64,000 bases of DNA. Source: Euzebyales bacterium. Its GTDB lineage: Bacteria; Actinomycetota; Nitriliruptoria; Euzebyales; JAHELV01. The stretch spans positions 19,084 through 83,083 of the forward strand of contig DASUUK010000031.1 of the NCBI GenBank assembly GCA_036374135.1. The letters run 5' to 3'. The translations under genes and the position numbers were made by a program. Shown here in pieces: positions 9,030-17,415 of this stretch. Every line of letters starts with the position of its first letter. Position 1 is the first letter of the stretch. A model generated the notes under the pieces. It had not been told where the DNA came from. It made no database searches and worked only from the letters and a program-made list of their open reading frames with translations.

Positions 9030-10205
9030 ATGCGCAAGCTGATCGCCATGCTGGGACTGCTGACGCTGGTGCTGGCCGCCTGCTCGGGCGCGTCCACCAG
9101 CGTGGAGGACCAGGCTGCCGGTGGGGGAGGCGACGAACCGGAACGCGAGGCCAGCGCAGCAGCCTCGGACGGAACTGAGGTGGCGGAGGCCGAGACCGTC
9201 CAGTGCGATGCGGGAGAGGTCGACGGGGAACTCGTCCTCTACAACTGGACGGAGTACATCGATCCGGAGCTGATCGACAAGTTCCGCGACGAGTTCGGCG
9301 TCGATGTCATCGAGGACTTCTACCCGAGCAACGAAGAGATGCTCGCCCGCGTCCAGGGCGGCGGGAGCGGCTTCGACGTGGTCGTCCCGTCCGACTACAT
9401 GGTCGGCATCATGATCGATCAGGACCTGCTGCTGCAGCTCGACAAGGATGCGATCCCCAACGCCGAGAACGTGGCTGAGGACTTCACGGAGCCACCGTTC
9501 GATCCGGAGCTGGCGTTCTCCATGCCCTACCAGTGGGGCACGACGGGTCTCGGCCTGAGCCTGGCCGACACCAGTGACGACCCGGAGGCCACCTGGGGCT
9601 GGATCTTCGACCCGGAGATGGGCGGCGACCTCGACGGCCGGATCTCGATGCTCGACGACCCGCGCGAGGCGATGGCGGCGGCCCTCAGCTACCTCGGGTA
9701 CTCGATCAACTCGACGAACGAGGACGAGATCCGCGAGGCCGCCGACCTCATCGCCGAGACGACCGACCGGCTGGCGGCGTTCGATTCCGACCAGTACGAG
9801 GACCTGCTGATCAGTGGCGAGACGGCCGTGGCGCACGGCTACTCGGGTGACTTCTTCCTGAACTTCGACGAGAACGACGCATGGGACGACTTCGTGTACC
9901 TCATCCCGCAGGAGGGTGCCGTCCGGTGGGTCGACACGATGGCGGTCCTGGCCGACGCACCGCACCCGTGCACCGCGCACGCGTTCATCAACTTCATCCT
10001 GGATGCCCGTAACGGCGCGCAGCTGACGAACTGGAACTTCTACGGGAGCCCCAACGCGGCGGCGGAGGAGTTCATCGACGCCGAGATCCTGGAGGACCCG
10101 GCCATCTACCCGCCCGAGGACGTGCTCGAGCAGTTGCAGTTCCTGGAGGACACGGGGGAGACCGAGACGCTGTACACCGATCTGTTCACCGAGGCCAAGA
10201 GCTGA
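9030..10205 (+). CDS. potD: spermidine/putrescine-binding periplasmic lipoprotein
   Basis: This is the C-terminal 391 aa of ORF 8175..10205, starting at the ATG at 9030. The lipoprotein signal is MRKLIAMLGLLTLVLAAC. PotD/PotF-like blocks are present: LYNWTEYIDPELIDKF and GFDVVVPSDYMV. The N-terminal 285 aa of the long ORF overlaps potC out of frame and is an artefact. Confidence 0.85.
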   Translation: MRKLIAMLGLLTLVLAACSGASTSVEDQAAGGGGDEPEREASAAASDGTEVAEAETVQCDAGEVDGELVLYNWTEYIDPELIDKFRDEFGVDVIEDFYPSNEEMLARVQGGGSGFDVVVPSDYMVGIMIDQDLLLQLDKDAIPNAENVAEDFTEPPFDPELAFSMPYQWGTTGLGLSLADTSDDPEATWGWIFDPEMGGDLDGRISMLDDPREAMAAALSYLGYSINSTNEDEIREAADLIAETTDRLAAFDSDQYEDLLISGETAVAHGYSGDFFLNFDENDAWDDFVYLIPQEGAVRWVDTMAVLADAPHPCTAHAFINFILDARNGAQLTNWNFYGSPNAAAEEFIDAEILEDPAIYPPEDVLEQLQFLEDTGETETLYTDLFTEAKS

Positions 10206-10216
10206 TCGTCTGACGC

Positions 10217-10252
10217 GACGGACGGGGCCGCCCGCCTGCGGCCCCGTCCGTC
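10217..10252. terminator. perfect 15-bp stem / 6-nt loop hairpin between convergent genes
   Basis: GACGGACGGGGCCGC-ccgcct-GCGGCCCCGTCCGTC, verified base by base. It sits between the potD stop (10205) and the stop of the minus-strand gene at 10297. No U-tract follows on either strand. Confidence 0.6.
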
Positions 10253-10296
10253 ATCGTCCGTCCGTGCGCGTGGGTTCGCGGCGCGTACGTCGACTG

Positions 10297-10836
10297 TCAC
10301 CCGCGGCGACGGTCGAGCGACTCCTTCAAGCGCCGCCACAGGTCTTCGCGCACGTCCATCAGCGCGTCGCGCAGCGACTGCTCGTGCGAGGTCACGACGA
10401 TGCGTGGCATGTACGGCAGCCGCGCCTCCAGCGTGACCTTCTGTGCCGGAGTGTCGCGGTCCTTGACGGTGAGCTCCATGTCGACGGCCTCGGCGCCGTA
10501 GCGTTGCAGCTGCCGGTCGAGCTTGCGCAGCAGTTCGAGGATGCGGGGTCGTTCGGACTCCTCGAACCCGAAGCCGATGCGCAGCTGGTCGAGCGAGGCG
10601 CCGCGCCGGCCGCCGTCGGACCCACCGGGCGGGTCGTCGAGGACGATCGCCGACAGGCGCTCGTGCACCTCGGTCGCCGACAGGCCACTCTCCCGCTGGA
10701 TCGTGTGTACGAGCGCGTCGAGGTCGTCGCCGGCCGCCTCGACGTCCTGTCGCGGTACCTGGGGGAAGGCCGAGAGGACAGGCGAGCGCAGCTCGGTGAA
10801 GCGCGTCTGCCACGTGCGGGCGTCCAGTGTTGCCAT
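10297..10836 (-). CDS. hypothetical protein with C-terminal HPF/RaiA (S30AE)-like domain
   Basis: This is the C-terminal 179 aa of ORF 10297..11316, starting at the ATG at 10836. That ATG is preceded by AGGAGG (cgaaggaggcgacgATG). The C-terminal roughly 100 aa follows the beta-alpha-beta-beta-beta-alpha order of hibernation factors by eye: LRIGF / [15 protein letters not shown] / VDMELTVKD / KVTLEARLP / RIVVTSHE / [18 protein letters not shown]. Confidence 0.55.
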   Translation of the reverse strand: MATLDARTWQTRFTELRSPVLSAFPQVPRQDVEAAGDDLDALVHTIQRESGLSATEVHERLSAIVLDDPPGGSDGGRRGASLDQLRIGFGFEESERPRILELLRKLDRQLQRYGAEAVDMELTVKDRDTPAQKVTLEARLPYMPRIVVTSHEQSLRDALMDVREDLWRRLKESLDRRRG

Positions 10837-10924
10837 CGTCGCCTCCTTCGCCCCCGCAGCGGTGCGGGGAGTATGTAGAGTGCTGCCCGCCCGCCGTCCC
10901 GCACAACCCCGGGGAGCGCACGTC

Positions 10925-11875
10925 GTGGATCTGGTGACCAACCCCGAGCTCAGCGACGACCTCCGGTCGCGGCTGATCTCGCTGTGGGTGACGGTCGCCA
11001 ACGCAGGGGGCGCGGTCGGCTTCGTGGCCCCCACCACCATGGACGAGGTCGCACCGGTCGCGCACGGGGCGTTCGACCGTGTCGTCGCAGGTACGGACGA
11101 CCTCGTGGTCGCGCTCGACGGTGTGCAGCCGGTCGGCATGGGGTTCCTGGAGCGCAACGACACCCGTCTGCAGGGCCATGTCGGTCTGGTGCGGCGTCTA
11201 CAGCGGGCGCCGTCGCATGCCGGGCGCGGGATCGGCGACGCCATCCTGTCGTCGCTGGAGCGCGTCGCGCGTGATCGGGGGCTGACGCTGATGACGCTCA
11301 CCGTGCGCGGCGGCACCGGTCGGGAGCGCTTCTACGTCGATCGCGGGTACCGCGTGGACGCACGGTTGCCGGATCGCCTCCGTCTCGACGGCGGCCGCCT
11401 CGTCGACGAGTTGCGCCTGTCCAAGGCGCTCACCGGGCGGGGTGCGCGGCTGGCGGTCCGACAGCTCGACGCGGGTCTCCCGCTGCCGCGATACGCGCAC
11501 CCAGGCGATGCGGGCCTTGACCTGTTCGCGCGCGGCACCGTCACGCTGGGCGCGGGGGAGCGGGCCCTGGTGCCGACCGGCGTCGCCGTCGCGATCCCGG
11601 ACGGCCATGTCGGGCTCGTGCATCCCCGGTCGGGCCTGGCGGCTCGCCATGGTGTGACGATCGTCAATGCGCCGGGCACGATCGATGCCGGCTACCGCGG
11701 CGAGATCAAGGTCATCCTCGCGAACACCGATCGTCGGGCGCCGGTGACGTTGCAGCGCGGCGACCGCATCGCCCAGTTGATCGTCCAGCGGGTGGAGACC
11801 GTGGAGGTCGTGCCGGTCGCGGCGCTGCCCGCCGCCGCGCGTGGGACCGACGGGTTCGGTTCCACGGGCGCGTGA
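10925..11875 (+). CDS. dut: GNAT N-acetyltransferase fused in frame to dUTP diphosphatase
   Basis: This lies within ORF 10523..11875. The GTG at 10925 is preceded by GGGGAG. The N-terminal half has a GNAT acetyl-CoA motif, [19 protein letters not shown]. The C-terminal half carries all five dUTPase motifs: [39 protein letters not shown]. No stop codon separates the two halves. Confidence 0.8.
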   Translation: MDLVTNPELSDDLRSRLISLWVTVANAGGAVGFVAPTTMDEVAPVAHGAFDRVVAGTDDLVVALDGVQPVGMGFLERNDTRLQGHVGLVRRLQRAPSHAGRGIGDAILSSLERVARDRGLTLMTLTVRGGTGRERFYVDRGYRVDARLPDRLRLDGGRLVDELRLSKALTGRGARLAVRQLDAGLPLPRYAHPGDAGLDLFARGTVTLGAGERALVPTGVAVAIPDGHVGLVHPRSGLAARHGVTIVNAPGTIDAGYRGEIKVILANTDRRAPVTLQRGDRIAQLIVQRVETVEVVPVAALPAAARGTDGFGSTGA

Positions 11876-11899
11876 CGACGGCGCGCCACCCGCGCTGGG

Positions 11900-13552
11900 T
11901 CACGTCAGATCGTCGTCGATGCCGCGCGCGGCCCGCAGGCCGCTGTGCAGGCACCCACCGAGGAACGTGCCCTCCAGCGACCGGTGGCCGTGCATGCCGC
12001 CGCCGCCGAAGCCGGCGACCTCACCGACCGCGTACAGGCCGGGCAGCGGCGAACCGTCGCCGCGCAGCGCGCGGCTCGACAGATCCGTCTGCAGCCCGCC
12101 GAGGGTCTTGCGTGTGAAGATCCGCATGCGCATCGCGATCAGCGGCCGCGCTGGCGGATCGAGGATCTGCTGGTTGCCGGCGGTGCGCATGAGCTTGTCG
12201 GGCAGGTAGCGCCGCGCGGTGGCTACGGCCGCCAGTTGGGCGTCGTTGCCGAGGCCCGTCGCGGCCTGTCGGTCGTAGGCCAGGACCTGGTGTCGCAGCG
12301 CCGCCTCGTCGATGAGGTCGTCGCCTGCCACCGCGTTCATCTCCCTGACCAGCGTCGCCGGATCGTCGGCGATGACGATGTCGGGACTGCGATCGAGGAA
12401 CGCCTGGATCGGCTCGGCGGGCCGCGGCAGCACGCGCTTGAGCAGCAGCGCCACGCTGCGCTCGGTCAGGTCGGGGTTGTGCACCGAACCCGACAGCCGC
12501 AGCTCCGATGCCGCGATGCGGTGGTTGAGCAGTAGCCACGAGTGCGGACTGCCCGTCGTGGTCAGGTGCTTGAGCGCGCGCAGCGTGTCGAAGCCCGGGA
12601 ACAACGGCGGCGGCAGCCGCCTGCCGCGGGCGTCGAGCCACAGCGATCCCGGGCCGGCCAGGACCCGCACCGCATGCTGCGACCAGACCGGCGTGTGGTG
12701 GGGGAGTCCCTCCGGATAGTTCCACATCCGCCCGGTGTTGGTCACCCGCGCGCCCGCGTCCCGCGCCGCGAGCAGGCCGCTGCCGTCGACGTGGTCCGGC
12801 ACGCCCTGCAGCAGCTCATCGGGCGCCGGTCCCAACTCGTCCGGCCACCACTGCCGTACCAGATCGTGGTTGCCGCCGATGCCGCCGGTGGCGACCACCA
12901 CCGCGTCGGCCCGGACCGTCACCTCGTCGCCGTCGACGCCACTGCGGGCCACGCACCCGGTCACACGGCCGTCCTCGGTGAGCAGCCGTTCGACGCGGTG
13001 CGCGAATCGCAGGTCGATCCGTGCCTCGCTCTGATGTGTCTGGACACGCCGCTGGAACGGATCGAGGATGCCCGGTCCCGTGCCCCACACGACATGGAAG
13101 CGCGGCACCGAGTTGCCCGGCCCGTCGGCGAGGCCGCCACCGCGTTCCGCCCACTGCACAAGCGGGAAGAACTGCACGCCCAGGCTGCGCAGCCACGGCG
13201 ACAGTGCCCCCGCGGCCGCCTCGACGTACGCGCGCGCCCAGCGCCGTGACCAGACGTCGTGCGGCCCGTCGTCGAACTCGGCGGACGCGAACCAGTCGGC
13301 CGTGGCCAGTTCCACGTCGTCGCGGATGCGCAGGCGGCGCTGCTCGGGGGTGTCGACCAGGAACAGGCCGCCGAGGGACCAGGTGGCCTGACCGCCCAGC
13401 CTCGCCTCGCCCTCGAGCATGATCACGCGGCGCCCCGCGTCCGCGAGCTCCGCCGCCACGACGAGGCCGGCGAGCCCCGCCCCGATCACGATCACGTCGG
13501 CCCTCACGTGCGTCACGTCAGCTCCTGTCGACCCGTCGGTGTCGGTCATCAT
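11900..13552 (-). CDS. FAD-binding dehydrogenase (fumarate reductase/KstD-like flavoprotein family)
   Basis: ORF 11900..13777, using the ATG at 13552 (MMTDTDG). It has ADVIVIGAGLAGLVVAAELADAGRRVIMLEGE and a C-terminal GLYAVGEVAGFGGGGMHG. Confidence 0.8.
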   Translation of the reverse strand: MMTDTDGSTGADVTHVRADVIVIGAGLAGLVVAAELADAGRRVIMLEGEARLGGQATWSLGGLFLVDTPEQRRLRIRDDVELATADWFASAEFDDGPHDVWSRRWARAYVEAAAGALSPWLRSLGVQFFPLVQWAERGGGLADGPGNSVPRFHVVWGTGPGILDPFQRRVQTHQSEARIDLRFAHRVERLLTEDGRVTGCVARSGVDGDEVTVRADAVVVATGGIGGNHDLVRQWWPDELGPAPDELLQGVPDHVDGSGLLAARDAGARVTNTGRMWNYPEGLPHHTPVWSQHAVRVLAGPGSLWLDARGRRLPPPLFPGFDTLRALKHLTTTGSPHSWLLLNHRIAASELRLSGSVHNPDLTERSVALLLKRVLPRPAEPIQAFLDRSPDIVIADDPATLVREMNAVAGDDLIDEAALRHQVLAYDRQAATGLGNDAQLAAVATARRYLPDKLMRTAGNQQILDPPARPLIAMRMRIFTRKTLGGLQTDLSSRALRGDGSPLPGLYAVGEVAGFGGGGMHGHRSLEGTFLGGCLHSGLRAARGIDDDLT

Positions 13553-13704
13553 GCCCGCAGGAGCGCGGGACCCACGAACGCCGGCACGTCCGGTTGCGCG
13601 TTCCGCGGGGCGTCGTCCGATCCGACGCGGCGTATCACAGGGCCGCCGATCCACTCGTGTTGGTGGGGACGCCCGGGGCTCCGGCGTCCGCGGGAGGCGA
13701 CGTG

Positions 13705-14580
13705 ATGATGACCGAGGTGCTTGTGGCACCCGACCGCTCAGGTGAGCGCTCGCAGCGGGACTGGTGCCAGGTCGCACGGGATCCAGTCGTGGCTGGTGCG
13801 GTGGCCGGGACGGACACGCCGCCGGTCGACTCCGACATCGTGGCGCGCGTGCTCGGAGGCACGCGGGTGTGGGTGCGCGGGGCGCCGATCGCGCGGTGGG
13901 GCACCAGCCGGGGGCTCATGATCTTCCGCTACCTGCTGCTGCAGGACCGTCCGGTGCCACGGGACCGCCTGATGGGTCTGTTGTGGCCCGGCTCGACGCC
14001 CGCGTCGGCGCGCAACAACCTCAACGTGGCGATCTACGGCCTGCGCCGCGCGCTGGAGGCCGGCGCGCCGGGCCCGCACGTCGTGTTCCGCGACGGCGCC
14101 TACCAGATCGCGCCCGATCGCAGCCTCTGGCTGGACGTGCGCATGTTCGTCGACGCGTGTGCCCGCGGGGCGCGAGCGTTGCGCGATGGGCGGGCGAACC
14201 GTGCCGAGCGCGTGCTGCGGGACGCTGTGACGCTCTACGGGGGACCGCTGTTCGCCGACGACACCGATGGCGAGTGGTACCTGGCCGACCGGCGGATGCT
14301 GGTCGAACGCCATGCGACCGCGCTGCACGACCTGGCCAGCCTGAGGCTCGACGTCGGCGATGCCGCCGAGTGCGTCGAGTTGGGCCGGCAGGTGCTACGC
14401 GTGGAGCCGTGCCGCGAGGTCACGCACCGGCTGCTCATGCGGGCGTACGCGCGCCAGGACCTGCACCATCTCGCCGTGCGCCAGTACCGCGAGTGCGTTG
14501 ACACCCTGGACAGGGTGCTCGACGTGCGTCCGCACCCCGACACGACAAGGACGTTGGACGACATCCTCGACCACGCGTGA
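13705..14580 (+). CDS. SARP-family transcriptional regulator (OmpR-type winged helix plus BTAD)
   Basis: ORF 13594..14580. The DNA-binding part is VLGGTRVWVRGAPIARWGTSRGLMIFRYLLL...RDRLMGLLWP...ARNNLNVAIYGLRRAL. The BTAD part is LWLDVRMF...HRLLMRAYARQDLHHLAVRQYRECVDTL. The start is uncertain: ATG 13705 or GTG 13840. Confidence 0.85.
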   Translation: MMTEVLVAPDRSGERSQRDWCQVARDPVVAGAVAGTDTPPVDSDIVARVLGGTRVWVRGAPIARWGTSRGLMIFRYLLLQDRPVPRDRLMGLLWPGSTPASARNNLNVAIYGLRRALEAGAPGPHVVFRDGAYQIAPDRSLWLDVRMFVDACARGARALRDGRANRAERVLRDAVTLYGGPLFADDTDGEWYLADRRMLVERHATALHDLASLRLDVGDAAECVELGRQVLRVEPCREVTHRLLMRAYARQDLHHLAVRQYRECVDTLDRVLDVRPHPDTTRTLDDILDHA

Positions 14581-14627
14581 CGCTCCGACGTCACCGAGGT
14601 GTCGCTCACAGCAACCGGCGACCGCCA

Positions 14628-14659
14628 TCACCGGGCGGCGGAGTGCCGCCGCCCGGTGA
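14628..14659. terminator. perfect 14-bp stem / 4-nt loop hairpin between convergent genes
   Basis: TCACCGGGCGGCGG-agtg-CCGCCGCCCGGTGA, verified base by base. It sits between the SARP stop (14580) and the PLAT-like gene stop (14678). Confidence 0.6.
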
Positions 14660-14677
14660 CGTGCCGAGCGGTCGGAT

Positions 14678-15175
14678 CTACTCCCTGAGCCAGACCTGGT
14701 GGCCGTACTCGTTGCCGAGGAAGATGTCGTCGCCGCCGAAGTTCCCAACGTTGTGGGTGTTGCGGAACGTCCTGATCTGATTGGTGTTCGGCGAGTGCAG
14801 CTGCACCTCGATCTGGTCCAACTGGTACGCGTCGTCGCCGGCGTGCGACAGGTCACCCTGCTTACGGAGGTACACACCCGTGACATCGTGCAGTTCGATC
14901 CGGTAGTAGGACGGATGGTTGCGCTGGTCGGGCTTCTCGGACTTGTCGACGGTGAAGTCGACCGGCGGGAGGCTGCCGACGGCGTCCTCCTCACGACCGA
15001 GCAGGTAGCGGATCTGCGTCCCCGGCTCGAAGCCGTCGAATCCGGCGACGTTCAGGGGGAACTCGCGACCTCCGTCGGTGCCTTCCACGCCCACGTACAG
15101 CGTGTCGTCCGTGGCTGCGGACTGCGGGACGGCCGCGGTCCTCACGGTTACGTGGATCACTTCGATGTGTGCCAT
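14678..15175 (-). CDS. hypothetical protein, PLAT/LH2-like beta-sandwich suspected
   Basis: ORF of 165 aa, with an RBS GGAGAAGGA 7 nt before the ATG. The N-terminus VTVRTAAVPQSAATDDTLYVGVEGTDGGREFPLN..FEPGTQ resembles the PLAT signature (TG..xGTDAxVyI.L.G..G.S....L...FE.G). Local GC is lower: my hand counts are 62% and 58% on lines 14701 and 14761, against 70% on line 13981. Confidence 0.6.
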   Translation of the reverse strand: MAHIEVIHVTVRTAAVPQSAATDDTLYVGVEGTDGGREFPLNVAGFDGFEPGTQIRYLLGREEDAVGSLPPVDFTVDKSEKPDQRNHPSYYRIELHDVTGVYLRKQGDLSHAGDDAYQLDQIEVQLHSPNTNQIRTFRNTHNVGNFGGDDIFLGNEYGHQVWLRE

Positions 15176-15405
15176 TGCTGGTCCTTCTCCCGTCTGCTGT
15201 GACGCCCGTCGTCGGGCGTCTCAGCGCACGGTAGGAGGCGGCGCATAGGCGTCGATTAATGGCGACTGCGGCACCGGTGAATCGTCGCCGGTCGCCGATC
15301 GCACCGAACGGGTCGAGCTCGTGAGCTACGTGACATGCCTGTTCATCCGCTGCCACCCGCGATCATCGCGCAGGCCGCGGTGACCGTGCAGTTGCTGTCG
15401 GCGGC

Positions 15406-15900
15406 TCATGTCGCCTCGCGCCGCAGCGGGGTGCGCGCCGTCGGCGCGGGTTCAGTCGGGGAGCGTTGCACCGGTGCGGGCCAGTAGACGTCCTCGAGCG
15501 TGGCTGGTGTGCCGGGCGTCGAGGCGTCGGGCGGCTGATCGATCAGGCCGATCGGCGTGTCCAGGGCGACCAGCCGGCCGTGGTCGACGATCGCGACGCG
15601 GTCGCTGAGCATCTCGGCCTCCTCCATGTAGCGCGTCGTGAGGATGGCGGTGGTGCCCCGCTCGGCTTGATGCGCCGGACGACGTCCCAGAGGTTGCGTC
15701 GTGCCAGTCGCTCGATGCGCTCGGTGTCCCACGCCTCCTCGGGTGGCAGTGGGAACCCCAGCGACTGCCGCACGTGCGCCGCCCACCCGAGCCGCCGCAC
15801 GGCCCGGGTTGTCGGCGGCTCGTCGTGCCAGAGGCAGCTCCGCGATCCGGTCGGCCGGCAGCGGCCGCCCGTGTGCCACGACGGCGGGGGACGTGAGCGC
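15406..15900 (-). pseudogene. decayed, 5'-truncated ABC transporter ATP-binding gene (DrrA/CcmA-like)
   Basis: The 3' part (15406..15663) reads ERGTTAILTTRYMEEAEMLSDRVAIVDHGRLVALDTP. The preceding segment, LWDVVRRIK, is in another frame. A 1-nt loss near 15663-15666 (atcaagccgagcgg, expected atcaaGgccgagcgg) explains the shift. Further upstream, the signature and Walker B regions are only faintly recognisable (RAVRRLGWAAHV, LPPEEAWD). No Walker A is found in any frame. Confidence 0.6.
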
Positions 15901-15904
15901 CTGG

Positions 15905-16390
15905 ATGGCCGCCGCGCTCGAGCCCGTGACGGTCGACGACGACGCCGATTCGGTGGAGGAACCGGAGGAATCGGAGCGGGGTCCGGAGCCGGACGCCACA
16001 CCGCCACCGCCGCCGGAGCTGCCCGAGGAACTGGAGCTGGTGACATCGTTCGTCGTGTACCAGCCGCCACGAGCCGCGGACCCGATGACGATGGGAAGCG
16101 ACGGCAACATCACCGCCCCGCTCAGCGCGCGCGTCGAGCTCGCGGTCGACCTCGACGTGGCCAGCGGAGTCGCGCAGCGGTTGCTGCGCCTCCGCGCCAA
16201 GCGGGTCGGAGCGCACCCCCCCTTTGCGACTCCATGGCAGCCGGGTCGCCGTGGGCCGGGACCCGACGACACCCGGGTCGTCGTGACGGGCCTGGATGCC
16301 GGGCTGTACCGGCTCCAGGTAGGTACCGTGTCGGACGACGACAACCATGAGGCGCCGGTGCAGAACGGCCCGTTGTTCGTCGTCGAGTGA
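15905..16390 (+). CDS. hypothetical acidic/Pro-rich protein (possibly itself a fragment)
   Basis: This is the ATG at 15905 within ORF 15701..16390 (161 aa). Third-codon positions are strongly G/C in this frame. I recognise no motif. The gene ends 54 nt before tRNA-Gly and begins where the ABC remnant breaks off. Confidence 0.3.
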   Translation: MAAALEPVTVDDDADSVEEPEESERGPEPDATPPPPPELPEELELVTSFVVYQPPRAADPMTMGSDGNITAPLSARVELAVDLDVASGVAQRLLRLRAKRVGAHPPFATPWQPGRRGPGPDDTRVVVTGLDAGLYRLQVGTVSDDDNHEAPVQNGPLFVVE

Positions 16391-16444
16391 GCCGCCGTCC
16401 CGGTTTGCACGACCGCGGAGGACGCGGCAGGATTGGGCACCCAC

Positions 16445-16520
<76 letters not shown>

Positions 16521-16578
16521 TTCTCATTGCGCGCAGCGCCTCAGACGGTGCGCGCCCACGGCGCCCGGTGTCGGCCGA

Positions 16579-17415
16579 TCACGGCCGCTGGTCGTCAGTT
16601 CCTCCGCCGGTCGTGCTCTCGCGGTCGGGGCGGCGGGCGAACGCCGACGAGCGCCCGACCGTGCGGAAGCCGAGGCGGAGGTACCACTCGCGCGGCCAGT
16701 CGTCGGCGTCGGCGACCAGCGCGATCCCGGTGGCGCCGTTCGCTCGGGCCGCCGCGATTGCGCGGTGCATCACCGTCTGCGACCAGCCCCGGCCGCGCTG
16801 CTCGACGACCGTGCTGACCGCGTCGATCTCGGCGAGCGCACCGGCTGCGTGGTTGAGCAGCAGGCAGCGGCTGACCGGCGCCTCCGGTGGCGCGATGACG
16901 GCGCGAGCGTCACCGACGCGGCCCACTCGTCGCTCCCGCTCGATCATCTGATCGACGATCTCGTCGGAGTCCGCCCACGGCGCCTGCATCGTGATCTTCC
17001 GTGCGAGATCGAGCTGGTCGGCGATGGCGACCACGTGTGCGTCGCGCACCGACGTTCGGCCCCCAGTCGCTTCGTGGTACGCGTCGTGGTCCAACACCAT
17101 TGTCTCCAGCCGTTCCTCCTCGTAGCCGGCGTCGACCAGGGCCTTCCGCAGCCGGTCGGCGATGTGTGTGTCGTCGATCTCGATGCGCCGGTGCCGCCAC
17201 CCGGCCTCGGCTGCGATCCGGTCGATGGAGGCGAGCAGGATGTCGGCGTTCACCGCACGGGTGACCGCCATGAAGTTCAGGTCGTACACGTCCGTCAGGT
17301 CGTCGGCGATGAGCGCGACGGCGAACGGCAGGTCGAGCCTGCGCGAGGCGATCATCGTGCGCAGCTCGAGCGTCGCCTGCGCGAGCCGCTCGTGTGTCGC
17401 CAGGGCGTCGTTCAC
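16579..17415 (-). CDS. GNAT family N-acetyltransferase (two-lobed, about 278 aa)
   Basis: This lies within ORF 16579..17604. The GTG at 17415 overlaps the upstream gene stop (GTGA). The C-terminal lobe has a GNAT motif, VVEQRGRGWSQTVMHRAIAAARANGAT, followed by WYLRLGF. Confidence 0.75.
   Translation of the reverse strand: MNDALATHERLAQATLELRTMIASRRLDLPFAVALIADDLTDVYDLNFMAVTRAVNADILLASIDRIAAEAGWRHRRIEIDDTHIADRLRKALVDAGYEEERLETMVLDHDAYHEATGGRTSVRDAHVVAIADQLDLARKITMQAPWADSDEIVDQMIERERRVGRVGDARAVIAPPEAPVSRCLLLNHAAGALAEIDAVSTVVEQRGRGWSQTVMHRAIAAARANGATGIALVADADDWPREWYLRLGFRTVGRSSAFARRPDRESTTGGGTDDQRP

Noticed and set aside
15036-15050. Possible att-like duplicate of the tRNA-Gly 3' end (TCGAATCC) that would delimit an integrated element.
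   Set aside because: Only an 8-mer matches (gtcgaatccggc versus ggttcgaatcccgtc), it lies inside the PLAT-like coding sequence, and no integrase is present. This is chance-level similarity. A computational repeat search over the whole replicon is still needed.
15285-15298. Tandem GTCGCCG heptamers as a bona fide SARP box.
   Set aside because: I keep this only as a weak supporting note in the SARP finding. Classic SARP boxes are spaced at 11-bp periodicity, whereas these heptamers abut. GC-rich heptamers of this kind also recur by chance in this genome.
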